Positions 18,028 through 27,862 of a stretch of 64,000 bases of DNA are shown here, piece by piece. The stretch lies in NCBI GenBank assembly GCA_016201795.1, contig JACQCF010000024.1, positions 2,115-66,114 of the forward strand, written 5' to 3'. The notes beneath the pieces were generated by a model that was not told the origin of the DNA, ran no database searches, and saw only the letters and a list, made by a program, of their open reading frames with translations. A program made the translations under genes and the position numbers. Origin of the DNA: Candidatus Omnitrophota bacterium. GTDB lineage: Bacteria; Omnitrophota; Gorgyraeia; Zapsychrales; Fredricksoniimonadaceae. Each line of letters opens with the position of its first letter. Within the stretch, counting starts at the first letter, position 1.

Positions 18028-19191
18028 ATGAAAAAGGTGGTTCTGGCGTATTCAGGCGGTTTGGACACATCATGCCTTATTCGATGGTTAAAGAATAAGG
18101 GCTATGAGGTCATTGCGTTCATGGCGGATGTGGGTCAGGGCAGCGATTTTAAATCCATCGAAAAACGTGCTTTAGCCACTGGTGCGTCCAAAGTTTATAT
18201 TTTGGATTTGAAGCAAGAGTTCGTCAGAAATTACGTGTTCCCGGCGATTAAAGCCAATGCGGTGTATGAAGGCAAATATTTTTTGGCGACCGCCTTGTCA
18301 CGTCCGTTGATTGCCAAGCATCAAGTAGCAGTGGCTAAAAAAGAAAAGGCAACGGCGATAGCCCATGGCAGCACGGGTAAGGGTAATGACCAGGTACGTT
18401 TTGAAGTGACGGCCAAAATTTTGGCGCCTCATCTGGAATTGTTAGCGCCTTTGCGCACATGGGAATTAAAAACACGCGGGCAAGAAATCGAATACGCGCA
18501 CAAGCACAAGATTCCCATTGATGTCAGCAAAAAGAGCCCGTATTCGACGGACACTAACCTTTATGGCCGTTCCATTGAATGCGGTTGTTTGGAAAATCCT
18601 TGGGTTGAGCCGCCGGAAGAAATTTATGCGATGACCAAAAATCCGCTCAAGTGTCCGAATAAACCGGAATACGTCGAGGTAGAATTTGCCAAAGGCGTGC
18701 CGGTGAAAGTCAATGGCAAGGCCTATAAGCCGGTGGATTTAGTTATTAAATTGAATGAAATCGGCGGGCGCAATGGGATCGGGCGTGTCGACATGGTGGA
18801 AAACCGTCTGGTCGGGATCAAGTCCCGGGAGATTTATGAAAATCCCGCAGGCACAATTTTGATGACGGCCCATAAGGAATTAGAAGCCATGGTCTTGGAT
18901 CGTGAGACATTGCATTACAAAGAGTTAATTTCTCCGCGCTATGCGGAATTGACCTATTACGGATTATGGGAAACACCGCTCAAACAGCAGTTGGATGCGT
19001 TTATCAATAAGACGCAAGAGCATGTCAGCGGTGTGGTGCGTTTGAAATTATATAAGGGAAGCTGTCATGTGGTCGGCCGCAAATCGCCGTATTCCCGTTA
19101 CAAGGAAGAGTTGGCGACCTACGGTGACAAAGACATCTTTGATCCGAAATTATCCGAAGGCTTTATTCGGATTTGGGGAATGCCGTATTAA
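18028..19191 (+). CDS. argG: argininosuccinate synthase
   Basis: AYSGGLDTS PP-loop. Confidence 0.95.
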   Translation: MKKVVLAYSGGLDTSCLIRWLKNKGYEVIAFMADVGQGSDFKSIEKRALATGASKVYILDLKQEFVRNYVFPAIKANAVYEGKYFLATALSRPLIAKHQVAVAKKEKATAIAHGSTGKGNDQVRFEVTAKILAPHLELLAPLRTWELKTRGQEIEYAHKHKIPIDVSKKSPYSTDTNLYGRSIECGCLENPWVEPPEEIYAMTKNPLKCPNKPEYVEVEFAKGVPVKVNGKAYKPVDLVIKLNEIGGRNGIGRVDMVENRLVGIKSREIYENPAGTILMTAHKELEAMVLDRETLHYKELISPRYAELTYYGLWETPLKQQLDAFINKTQEHVSGVVRLKLYKGSCHVVGRKSPYSRYKEELATYGDKDIFDPKLSEGFIRIWGMPY

Positions 19192-19200
19192 GGAGAAGCT

Positions 19201-20577
19201 ATGAGTAAACTTTGGGGTGCACGGTTTGATAAGAAGTCTCATCCGCTGGCTGATCAATTTACCTTCAGCATTAGCTATGACTATCGTTTGGCCAAGTACG
19301 ACGTGATTGGCTCCATCGCCCATGCGCAAATGCTGGGTAAGCAGGGGATTATTCCCAAAAGCGATGCGACCAAAATCGTCGCTGGGTTAAAGAAGCTGTT
19401 GGCGCAGATTAAGTCGGGTAAGTTTAAATATGACCCTAAAGCTGAAGATATTCATACGGATATTCAAAATCGGCTTAAAGGCCTTATTGGTAAACCCGCG
19501 GATAAGTTGCACACGGCGCGTTCACGCAATGACCAGGTTGTCTTGGATGTGAAGTTATATTGTTTGGATGAAATCAATGGGCTGCTAGTCGCCATCACTG
19601 GTTTGCAAAAAGCCATAGTGGGTTTTGGCAAGAAAAATCAGGAGGTGATTATCCCGGGCTATACGCATTTGCAAGCCGCGCAAGTGGTGTTGTTGGCGCA
19701 TCATATGCTCGCTTACGTTGAAATGCTTGAACGCGACAAAACCCGGCTGCAAGGGTGTTTTATGCGGACGGACGTGACACCTTTAGGTAGTTGTGCTCTA
19801 TCTGGTACGTCACTGAAAACGGATCGCGATTATATCACTAAGCTTTTGGGTTTCGCTCAAACCGCGGTTAATAGCATGGATGCGGTCAGCGACCGAGACT
19901 TTATTGTTGAGTTAATTGCCGATTGTTCTATGGTAGCTATGCATTTATCGCGGATGAGTGAGGATTTGATTCTGTGGGCGACGAAAGAATTCGATTTTAT
20001 TGATATTGATGCTTCATTTTGCACCGGCTCATCCATCATGCCGCATAAGAAAAATCCGGACGTATTGGAATTGATGCGGGGGACATCCGGTAAAATTTTC
20101 GGCCATTTGACTGAAATCTTGGTTTTATTAAAGGGTTTGCCATTGGCCTATAATCGGGATTTACAGTTGGATAAGCCGCCGTTATTTGATACGGCGGAAA
20201 CCACACAAAATATGCTTAGCGTTATGGCGGAATTATTTGCTAATTTGAAAGTCAAAAAGGACAAGGTAGCCAAGCGCATCCATGATGAGAGTTTCTTTAC
20301 GGTGGATGTGATGGAGTATTTAATCAAAAAGGGCGCGTCTCATCGGGACGCCCACGATGTTTTAGGCAAAATGGTTAAGGAGTGTTTGGACAAAGGCATT
20401 GCCTTATCATCGTTAAGTACTGTTCGTTTAAAAAGTTATCACCCGTATTTTGCCGAGGATGTAAAAAAACTTTTCAATCCTCAAACGTCTGTTAAAATTA
20501 AAATTTCGTTGGGATCGACGAATCCTAATTTAGTTGCTCAACAATTACAACAGTGGAGTAAGAAATTACATGCATGA
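19201..20577 (+). CDS. argH: argininosuccinate lyase
   Basis: Fumarate-lyase signature SIMPHKKNPD. Confidence 0.95.
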   Translation: MSKLWGARFDKKSHPLADQFTFSISYDYRLAKYDVIGSIAHAQMLGKQGIIPKSDATKIVAGLKKLLAQIKSGKFKYDPKAEDIHTDIQNRLKGLIGKPADKLHTARSRNDQVVLDVKLYCLDEINGLLVAITGLQKAIVGFGKKNQEVIIPGYTHLQAAQVVLLAHHMLAYVEMLERDKTRLQGCFMRTDVTPLGSCALSGTSLKTDRDYITKLLGFAQTAVNSMDAVSDRDFIVELIADCSMVAMHLSRMSEDLILWATKEFDFIDIDASFCTGSSIMPHKKNPDVLELMRGTSGKIFGHLTEILVLLKGLPLAYNRDLQLDKPPLFDTAETTQNMLSVMAELFANLKVKKDKVAKRIHDESFFTVDVMEYLIKKGASHRDAHDVLGKMVKECLDKGIALSSLSTVRLKSYHPYFAEDVKKLFNPQTSVKIKISLGSTNPNLVAQQLQQWSKKLHA

Positions 20578-21832
20578 TTTTCATTTTAAAAATAATGAAT
20601 TATTTTGTGAGAACGTGAAGGTGTCGGCGGTCGCCAAATCCGTCGGTACGCCGTTTTATTTGTATAGTTACAAGACTTTAACGGATCATTTCTTAAAGAT
20701 GCAGAGGGCTTTTGCAAGGATAAATCCAATGATCTGCTTTGCCATGAAATCCAATGGCAATTTGGCCGTCATTAAAAGTTTGGTGGATTTAGGCGCAGGC
20801 ATTGATATTGTTTCCGTTGGTGAGCTTAAGAAAGCATTGCGGGTAGGGGCTGATTCTAAAAAGATTGTTTTCGCATCCGTCGGAAAAACCGAGGAAGAAA
20901 TTGCCTTTGCCATCAAAGCAGGCATTTTGCTTTTTAACGTGGAAAGCGAGCCTGAGCTTTTAGAAATCAACCGCATTGCCAGGAGAATGAAAAGACAAGT
21001 GCAGGCGGCCTTGCGTATCAATCCCGATGTGCCGGCGCCGACGCATGAATATACCAACACTGGATCTTTAAAAAAGAAGTTTGGAATTGATTTAAGGACA
21101 ACGAGGCAGATTTTTAGGTCCCAGAAGAAATATTCCAACGTTAAGATGAGCGGCGTGCATATTCACATCGGTTCACAGATTACTTCAGGGGGGCCGTTTG
21201 TCGGCGCTATCAAGAAGGTGGCAGCGTTTATTGATGACTTACGTGAGGAAGGAATTGATATCGAGTATTTGGATATTGGTGGGGGCCTGGGGATTATTTA
21301 TAAGGATGAAACGCCGCAAACCGCCCAGGAATATGCCAATAAAGTACTCCCTATCCTGGAGAAGACGGGCTTGAAGATTATTATGGAGCCGGGCCGTTTC
21401 ATTGTCGGTAATGCCGGCATCTTTGTGACCAAGGTGCTTTATTTGAAAGACAATGGGTATAAGAAATTTTTTATCGTTGACGGGGGTATGAATGATTTAA
21501 TCCGTCCGTCGCTTTACGATGCTTATCACGAAATTGTACCGGTTAAGCAAACCAGGGCGTCTAAGATTAAGGTGGATGTGGTCGGGCCCATCTGCGAAAG
21601 TGGGGATTTTTTTGCGCATGATCGCTTGCTGGCGAAGGTCAACAAGGGTGATTTGCTGGCGGTCATGAGCGCCGGGGCTTACGGTTATGTGATGGCCAGC
21701 AATTATAATATCAGAGGCCGCGTGCCGGAAGTGATGGTTCGCGGTAACAAATTTGAAATTGTCAAAGAGCGTGAGACGTTTAAAGATTTAATGCGAGGGG
21801 AAAGACTCCCTCGATTTTTACGAACCTCGTAG
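20570..21832 (+). CDS. lysA: diaminopimelate decarboxylase
   Basis: PLP fold-III decarboxylase motifs. ATG at 20570 overlaps the argH stop by 8 bp (the track starts at a TTG at 20534). Confidence 0.9.
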   Translation: MHDFHFKNNELFCENVKVSAVAKSVGTPFYLYSYKTLTDHFLKMQRAFARINPMICFAMKSNGNLAVIKSLVDLGAGIDIVSVGELKKALRVGADSKKIVFASVGKTEEEIAFAIKAGILLFNVESEPELLEINRIARRMKRQVQAALRINPDVPAPTHEYTNTGSLKKKFGIDLRTTRQIFRSQKKYSNVKMSGVHIHIGSQITSGGPFVGAIKKVAAFIDDLREEGIDIEYLDIGGGLGIIYKDETPQTAQEYANKVLPILEKTGLKIIMEPGRFIVGNAGIFVTKVLYLKDNGYKKFFIVDGGMNDLIRPSLYDAYHEIVPVKQTRASKIKVDVVGPICESGDFFAHDRLLAKVNKGDLLAVMSAGAYGYVMASNYNIRGRVPEVMVRGNKFEIVKERETFKDLMRGERLPRFLRTS

Positions 21833-21903
21833 GTTCGGAGAGGCTATACGTACGAACGGGTGGCCGAGGGAGGGGATCCCCATCGACCACAGGGACGAGG
21901 ACG

Positions 21904-22794
21904 ATGGGGAAGCCCGAGGACAGGACCCGTAAGATAGGCGCTATGATCAAAATACCTTTTGTAAAGATGGTCGGGGCGGGCAATGATTTTATTGTTATCG
22001 AAGCTCAGCCTAAGTTAGATTATACCAAGTTAGCTAAAGAGGCCTGTGCCCGTCAAACCGGCATTGGTGCCGACGGAGTTTTGATTTTTGAGAAATCCAA
22101 GACTTCGGATTATCGCATGCGCATCATCAATGCCGACGGCTCTGAGGCCGAGATGTGCGGCAACGGGGCCCGTTGCATGGCAGCCTATATTGTGGCCAAT
22201 GATAAGCCGACCAAAGTTTTGTTTGGCATGGAAACGTTGGCCGGGGAAGTTTTAGGAGAAGCTCAAGGCGAGCTGGCCAGAGTACGTCTATCTAATCCCA
22301 AAGATTATATGGCAGGTTTAAATATTACGGTGGCTGGCAGAAAAATGACGGTGGACCACATTGATACCGGTGTTCCGCACACGATTGTTTTTGTCGATGG
22401 ATTGCAGGAAGTGGACGTTAACACTTTAGGCCGCTTGATTCGCAATCATCCGCGGTTTGCGCCGCGCGGTACTAACGTGAATTTTGTCGAGGTTGCTTCT
22501 CCGGCAGGCGGGAAGTCTTCCAATAGCATGGTGGCGGTGCGTACCTACGAGCGTGGAGTGGAGGGGGAAACTTTAGCTTGTGGCACAGGGGCAGTGGCCG
22601 CGGCGATTGTGTCCTATCTGCACACGCACCCGAAAGTTAAAGAACAAAAAGGTGCAGTGATGAAGGTGTCGACCACCGGCAAGGAAATTTTGGAAATCAC
22701 CTTTGATTTGCATGAAGGAAACAAGATTGATAATGTGTGGCTTAAAGGCACGGCGAAGGTCATCGCCAGAGGAGAATATTATTACCATGGATAG
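21904..22794 (+). CDS. dapF: diaminopimelate epimerase
   Basis: GAGNDFIVIE and CGNGARC motifs. The true start may be an internal Met (e.g. near 21943). Confidence 0.85.
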   Translation: MGKPEDRTRKIGAMIKIPFVKMVGAGNDFIVIEAQPKLDYTKLAKEACARQTGIGADGVLIFEKSKTSDYRMRIINADGSEAEMCGNGARCMAAYIVANDKPTKVLFGMETLAGEVLGEAQGELARVRLSNPKDYMAGLNITVAGRKMTVDHIDTGVPHTIVFVDGLQEVDVNTLGRLIRNHPRFAPRGTNVNFVEVASPAGGKSSNSMVAVRTYERGVEGETLACGTGAVAAAIVSYLHTHPKVKEQKGAVMKVSTTGKEILEITFDLHEGNKIDNVWLKGTAKVIARGEYYYHG

Positions 22795-23677
22795 AACGAA
22801 ATTTCACGGTGCAATCACGGCTCTGGTAACACCATTTATGAGCAACGGTATTGATGAGGCTGCTTACAAAAAGCTCATTGAGTGGCAGATATCGCAAGGC
22901 ATTCATGGTTTGGTGCCTTGCGGTACAACAGGCGAATCTCCCACACTTTCCGAGAAGGAGCATGAGCGGGTGATTGAAATTTGTGTGCAAGCTGCCGGTA
23001 AAAGAGTGCCTGTGATTGCCGGTACAGGTTCTAACTCGACGGCAGAAGCCGTGCATATGACCAAACATGCAGCTAAGGTTGGTGCGGATGCAGTCTTGGT
23101 AGTTACTCCGTATTACAATAAACCCACCAGTAAGGGTATTTATTTGCATTATAAGGCCATCGGCGAATGCACCAATATTCCTATCATTCTCTATAATATC
23201 GCCGGACGCACAGGCAAGAATATAGATCCGGAGTTGATGGCCAGGCTTGCCGGTATAAAAAATATTATCGGCGTTAAAGAAGCTTCGGGGAATCTGGAAC
23301 AGATCAAGCGCATCCGTGAGTTGTGTCCTAAGGATTTTCTATTGATTTCAGGAGACGATGGCTTGACTTTGCCCATTATGTCCATGGGTGGAGTAGGAGT
23401 TATCTCGGTGGCCTCCAACATTGTGCCTAAAGATGTGGCAGGGCTGGTTAATGCTTTTAACAAAGGTGATAGGCCTAAAGCTGAAGCTATCAATACAAAA
23501 CTGCTTCCCTTGATAGAGGTTTTATTTATTGAAACCAATCCTATTCCGGTCAAGACAGCAACAGCGCTGATGGGCTTATGTTCTGGGACGATGCGTTTGC
23601 CGATGTGTGATATGGAAGAGGAGAATCTTGTTAAATTGAAAGCTGCGTTAATCAATTACGGTTTGTTGAAAAAATAG
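22787..23677 (+). CDS. dapA: 4-hydroxy-tetrahydrodipicolinate synthase
   Basis: TALVTPF and GTTGE motifs. ATG at 22787 overlaps the dapF stop. Confidence 0.9.
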   Translation: MDRTKFHGAITALVTPFMSNGIDEAAYKKLIEWQISQGIHGLVPCGTTGESPTLSEKEHERVIEICVQAAGKRVPVIAGTGSNSTAEAVHMTKHAAKVGADAVLVVTPYYNKPTSKGIYLHYKAIGECTNIPIILYNIAGRTGKNIDPELMARLAGIKNIIGVKEASGNLEQIKRIRELCPKDFLLISGDDGLTLPIMSMGGVGVISVASNIVPKDVAGLVNAFNKGDRPKAEAINTKLLPLIEVLFIETNPIPVKTATALMGLCSGTMRLPMCDMEEENLVKLKAALINYGLLKK

Positions 23678-23785
23678 ATGTATTTCCCTCCCTTGATGGG
23701 AGGGATTAAGGGAGGGTGATTAAAAAGCTTATCACCCCCACCTAGCCTCCCCCATTAAGGGGAAGGAAAAAGGTAAGGAATTCAA

Positions 23786-24505
23786 ATGATTAGACTCGCT
23801 GTTTCCGGTTGCCAGGGCCGTATGGGCCAAAGAATCACTGCTTTGGCTCTCAACGATAAAATGTTTAAAATATCGACCCTGTTAGAGAATAAGGATCGCC
23901 CTGATGTGCCTGAGATGGTCTGCCATATCCCTGTTAGTTTTGATTCAGACAAACTCAAAGGCTCTGATGTGTTGATTGAATTTACCTCACCTGAAGCCAC
24001 TCTGGAGCATTTGAAGGCTTGCCAGAAGTACGGCGTCAACATGGTTATCGGCACCACGGGTTTGACTCCAGCTCAAATAACTCAGGTTAAAAAAGCGGCC
24101 AGTAAGATTGCTATTGTGTTTTCTTCCAATATGTCTGTCGGCGTGAATCTGGTGTTTGCTCTCATCCGACGTACGGCGCAGGTGACGGGCAAGAATTATG
24201 AAATCCGTTTGACGGAAACCCATCACGTTCATAAGAAAGATGCGCCTTCCGGGACAGCCAAGACCATGGCGGGAATCGCCGGGCAGTTTTCCAAAGCCAA
24301 GGTCAAAGATATCGAATCTATCCGCGAGGGCGAGGTCATCGGTGATCATACGATTTCTTTTGAAAGCCCGGTGGATTTGATTTCCATTCATCACCATGCT
24401 AAAACCCGCGACATTTTTGCCGAAGGGTCATTGGTTGCTGCGAAATTCCTTTCTAAGAAAAAGAAGGGGTTATATAACATGCAAGATGTGTTAGGGGTTA
24501 TATGA
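23786..24505 (+). CDS. dapB: 4-hydroxy-tetrahydrodipicolinate reductase
   Basis: MIRLAVSGCQGRMGQRI N-terminus and EXHHXXKXDXPSGTA-type motif. Confidence 0.9.
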   Translation: MIRLAVSGCQGRMGQRITALALNDKMFKISTLLENKDRPDVPEMVCHIPVSFDSDKLKGSDVLIEFTSPEATLEHLKACQKYGVNMVIGTTGLTPAQITQVKKAASKIAIVFSSNMSVGVNLVFALIRRTAQVTGKNYEIRLTETHHVHKKDAPSGTAKTMAGIAGQFSKAKVKDIESIREGEVIGDHTISFESPVDLISIHHHAKTRDIFAEGSLVAAKFLSKKKKGLYNMQDVLGVI

Positions 24506-25659
24506 TTGAATTTTCCGATCGTTTAAAAGCATTGCCGCCGTATTTATTCGTTGAGATTGACAAAGCCAAGCGTGAGGCCATAGCGCAGGGCCGTGATGTG
24601 ATCAATTTAGGCGTGGGGGACCCCGACCAGCGTACCCATCAGCCCATTATTGACGCGATGAAAAAGGCCCTTGAGGATGCTAACAATCATCACTATCCTT
24701 TTGACGCCGGCGTGCCGCAGCTAAGAGTTGAGATTGCTCAATGGTTTAAGAAACGTTTTGGGGTGGATTTGGATCCAGCGACGGAGCTTTATCCCTTAAT
24801 CGGCTCCAAAGAAGGCATTGCCCATTTGCCGTTGGGGGTTATCAATGGCGGCGACAAAGTGCTTTTGACTCAACCGGCTTATCCGGCGTACCAGGCGGCT
24901 GTGACCTTTGCCGGCGGTAAAATTCAATATTTGTCCTTAAAAGCCGGCAACGGGTGGTTGCCTAAGATGGAAGATATTGAGAAGGCCAAAAATGCCAAAG
25001 CGATTTTTGTCTGCTATCCGAATAATCCTACGTCGGCGACCGTAGATAAAAAGTTTTATGAGGATTTGGTGGCGGTTTGCCGCGCCAAAGGCATGATCAT
25101 TGTTTCTGATTTGGCTTATTCTGAAGTCTATTACGATGGTATTAAGCCGCCCAGTATATTAGAGGTAGACGGGGCCAAGGATATTGCCATCGAATTCCAT
25201 TCGTTCTCCAAGACTTATTACATGACCGGCTGGCGCCTGGGCTGGGCCTGCGGCAATTCGATGCTGGTGGCGGCTTTGGCGAAAGTCAAGTCCAACTGCG
25301 ATTCAGGAGTTTTTAATGCCGTTCAATACGCCGGTATCGCGGCTTTGCATATGGATGGGCGTGATATCGACGATATGCGTGCCGAATACCAAACCCGCCG
25401 TGAAGCGCTCATCAATGGTTTACGCTCTATTGGCTGGAAAATAGCTGCGCCTCAAGCAACCTTTTACGTCTGGGCCAAAATTCCGTCGAAATTCAACGAT
25501 TCCATGGAATGCGCTAAAGTATTTCTGGATCAAGCCGATATCGTGGTCACGCCTGGCATTGGTTTCGGAAAGGCCGGTGAGGGTTATGTGCGTATGGCCC
25601 TGACCGTATCAACACAACGCATTCATCAAGCTGTTGAGCGGATCAAGAAAATTTTATGA
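24502..25659 (+). CDS. dapL: LL-diaminopimelate aminotransferase
   Basis: FSDRLKALPPYLF, GVGDPD, LIGSKEGIAH, FHSFSKTYYMTGWRLGW, KVKSNCDSGVF. Sits in a dap context. Confidence 0.8.
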   Translation: MIEFSDRLKALPPYLFVEIDKAKREAIAQGRDVINLGVGDPDQRTHQPIIDAMKKALEDANNHHYPFDAGVPQLRVEIAQWFKKRFGVDLDPATELYPLIGSKEGIAHLPLGVINGGDKVLLTQPAYPAYQAAVTFAGGKIQYLSLKAGNGWLPKMEDIEKAKNAKAIFVCYPNNPTSATVDKKFYEDLVAVCRAKGMIIVSDLAYSEVYYDGIKPPSILEVDGAKDIAIEFHSFSKTYYMTGWRLGWACGNSMLVAALAKVKSNCDSGVFNAVQYAGIAALHMDGRDIDDMRAEYQTRREALINGLRSIGWKIAAPQATFYVWAKIPSKFNDSMECAKVFLDQADIVVTPGIGFGKAGEGYVRMALTVSTQRIHQAVERIKKIL

Positions 25660-26084
25660 TGGCCACTGTTTATCTTGCCCTTGGTTCCAATCTTGGTGAT
25701 CGTCGTCGATATCTTCAAAGAGCTATTGAGGAACTAAAAAGCAACGGCGTGGTGGTGCGTAAAGTTTCTACTATCATTGAGACTTTTCCGGTGGGCGGCC
25801 CGCCGCAAGACAAATACCTCAACGCCGTCTTAAAAGCGTACACATTCTTGTCGCCCGAAGAATTATATGTCACCACTCGATCCATCGAGCATAAACTCGG
25901 ACGCGTGCGCGAGATCAAAAACGGCCCACGGGTTATTGATATCGACATTCTGCTTTACGGAGATTTGAAATTGGTCAGCCGTCGTCTGGTCATTCCGCAT
26001 CCGTATATGATCGAGCGCGAATTTGTGATGAAACCTTTGGAAGAAATTGATCCTAATATAGTTGTGTCATTGCGAACGAAGTGA
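25656..26084 (+). CDS. folK: hydroxymethyldihydropterin pyrophosphokinase (HPPK)
   Basis: VYLALGSNLGDR start. The last codons overlap repeat copy B. Confidence 0.85.
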   Translation: MMATVYLALGSNLGDRRRYLQRAIEELKSNGVVVRKVSTIIETFPVGGPPQDKYLNAVLKAYTFLSPEELYVTTRSIEHKLGRVREIKNGPRVIDIDILLYGDLKLVSRRLVIPHPYMIEREFVMKPLEEIDPNIVVSLRTK

Positions 26085-26133
26085 AGCAATCTTTTAAAAG
26101 ATTACTTCGTCGCTCCGCTCCTCGTAATGACAC
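26064..26133. repeat. ~70-bp palindromic MITE/REP-like repeat, copy B
   Basis: gtgtcattgcgaacgaagtgaagcaatcttttaaaagattacttcgtcgctccgctcctcgtaatgacac. It supplies the C-terminal VSLRTK codons and stop of folK. Confidence 0.6.
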
Positions 26134-26142
26134 TATAAATTT

Positions 26143-27012
26143 ATGCGCATCATTACTTCGATAACACAACTGCGAAAAGTTTTGAATCAAGTCCGTCGTA
26201 AAGGCAAAACCATCGGCTTTGTTCCGACGATGGGGTATTTCCACGAAGGCCATTTGTCTTTGATGCGTCAGGCCAAAAGGGATACTGATCTGTGCGTAGT
26301 GAGTATTTATGTGAATCCTGCCCAATTTGGCCCCCAGGAAGATTTTAAGAAATACCCTCGAGACCTTAAGCGTGACTCGTCGATGGCACGAAAAGAAAAT
26401 GTTGACATTCTTTTTGTTCCGTCGGATAATGTCATCTACTCTGAAGGCTATTTGACATACATCGACGTAGAAAAAATTTCCCAATGGCTGTGCGGTCGTT
26501 TTCGCCCTGGGCATTTTAAAGGGGTAGCGACGATTGTCGCTAAACTTTTGAACATCGTTTGGCCGGATGTCCTGTATCTGGGACAAAAAGATGCCCAACA
26601 GGTGGCGGTGCTTAAGGCGATGGTGCGGGATTTGAATTTCCCCCTGAAAGTTAAGGTGGTGGCAACCAAGCGCGAAGCCGACGGGCTGGCGATGAGCTCG
26701 CGTAACAAGTATCTTTTGTCTGACCATCGCCGGCAAGCCCCCGTGCTTTACCGGGCGCTGCAACAAGCCAGGAGGATGGTTAAATCCGGCGAGCATTCAT
26801 CGGCAAAAATTAAAGCGATGATTCAATCCATGATCAAGCACCAATCATCGGGGAAAATTCAATACGTCGCATGTGTGCATACGGATACTCTTCAAGAGCT
26901 TAAAACTCTTGAAGGAAAAATATTGATTGCTTTAGCGGTCTTCTTCGGTAAAACCAGACTCATTGATAATGTGGTTATTCGCCTTCATGCACGCAAGCAA
27001 CACAAAAGTTAG
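26143..27012 (+). CDS. panC: pantoate--beta-alanine ligase
   Basis: GFVPTMGYFHEGHLSLM. Confidence 0.9.
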   Translation: MRIITSITQLRKVLNQVRRKGKTIGFVPTMGYFHEGHLSLMRQAKRDTDLCVVSIYVNPAQFGPQEDFKKYPRDLKRDSSMARKENVDILFVPSDNVIYSEGYLTYIDVEKISQWLCGRFRPGHFKGVATIVAKLLNIVWPDVLYLGQKDAQQVAVLKAMVRDLNFPLKVKVVATKREADGLAMSSRNKYLLSDHRRQAPVLYRALQQARRMVKSGEHSSAKIKAMIQSMIKHQSSGKIQYVACVHTDTLQELKTLEGKILIALAVFFGKTRLIDNVVIRLHARKQHKS

Positions 27013-27814
27013 AATCGGTATATTGGGCTGCGGGGCCATCGGCTCGAGAATCGCCCGCAGCATCAAGACAGAATGCAAAGATTTAGCTTCTGTCACGGCG
27101 CTGTTCGACATCAATCCCGCCAAATCTGTCAATCTTCAAAAATATCTTCCTCAAAAAAATATTGTTCAACATTCCTACGCGCAATTGTTAGACCATTGCA
27201 ATTTGGTGGTGGAAGCGGTCAATGCGCCGGATACCTACGAATTAATTCGCGGTGCGCTGCTTGCCAAAAAAGATATTTTGGTGATGAGTGTGGGTAAACT
27301 TCTTGACGGGCAAGCTATTTTGAAATTAGCCCAGGTCCAAGGCTGCCGTCTGTTAATCCCCTCAGGCGCTATTGCTGGCATTGATGCTATCAAAGCCGCC
27401 AGCCTCGGCAGAATTCAACAGCTTACGCTCACCACGCGCAAACCCATTTATGGTTTTGCCGATAATACCTATATTCAGCACAAACGCATTAACCTTTCGC
27501 GGATTAATAGAGAAACGGTTTTATTCAACGGCAATGTCAAGGAAGCCGTGCGATGTTTTCCGCAGAATATCAATGTGGCGGCCACCATTGCGCTGGCTTC
27601 TTCGGCGAAAGATAAAATGCGTATTCGCATTACGACATCGCCGGAATTTAAAGTTAATTCCCATGAGATTGAGATGGTCGGCGAATTCGGCAGGCTTTTG
27701 ACCAGGACGGAAAATGTGGTCTGCCCGGATAACCCCAAGACTAGTTATCTGGCTGTTTTATCGGCGATTGTGACGCTCAAGCAGTATTTGGGACAGGTGA
27801 GAATTGGTACTTAA
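26987..27814 (+). CDS. nadX: L-aspartate dehydrogenase
   Basis: GILGCGAIGSRIA, FPQNINVAATIAL and PDNPKTSYLAVLSAI resemble Thermotoga-type NadX. ATG ~26987 lies within the TTG-initiated ORF 26963. Confidence 0.75.
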   Translation: MHASNTKVRIGILGCGAIGSRIARSIKTECKDLASVTALFDINPAKSVNLQKYLPQKNIVQHSYAQLLDHCNLVVEAVNAPDTYELIRGALLAKKDILVMSVGKLLDGQAILKLAQVQGCRLLIPSGAIAGIDAIKAASLGRIQQLTLTTRKPIYGFADNTYIQHKRINLSRINRETVLFNGNVKEAVRCFPQNINVAATIALASSAKDKMRIRITTSPEFKVNSHEIEMVGEFGRLLTRTENVVCPDNPKTSYLAVLSAIVTLKQYLGQVRIGT

Positions 27815-27862
27815 TCATCTGTGTCATTATGTAAGTTAATAAACAGAAAGGGGGGTGAATGT

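Noticed and set aside
21833-21903. Lysine riboswitch between lysA and dapF
   Set aside because: The spacer is only ~70 nt, far shorter than a ~180-nt L-box. Conserved L-box helices are not recognisable.
26053-26796. 247-aa minus-strand ORF
   Set aside because: Entirely antisense to the well-supported panC. His/Arg-rich unnatural composition.
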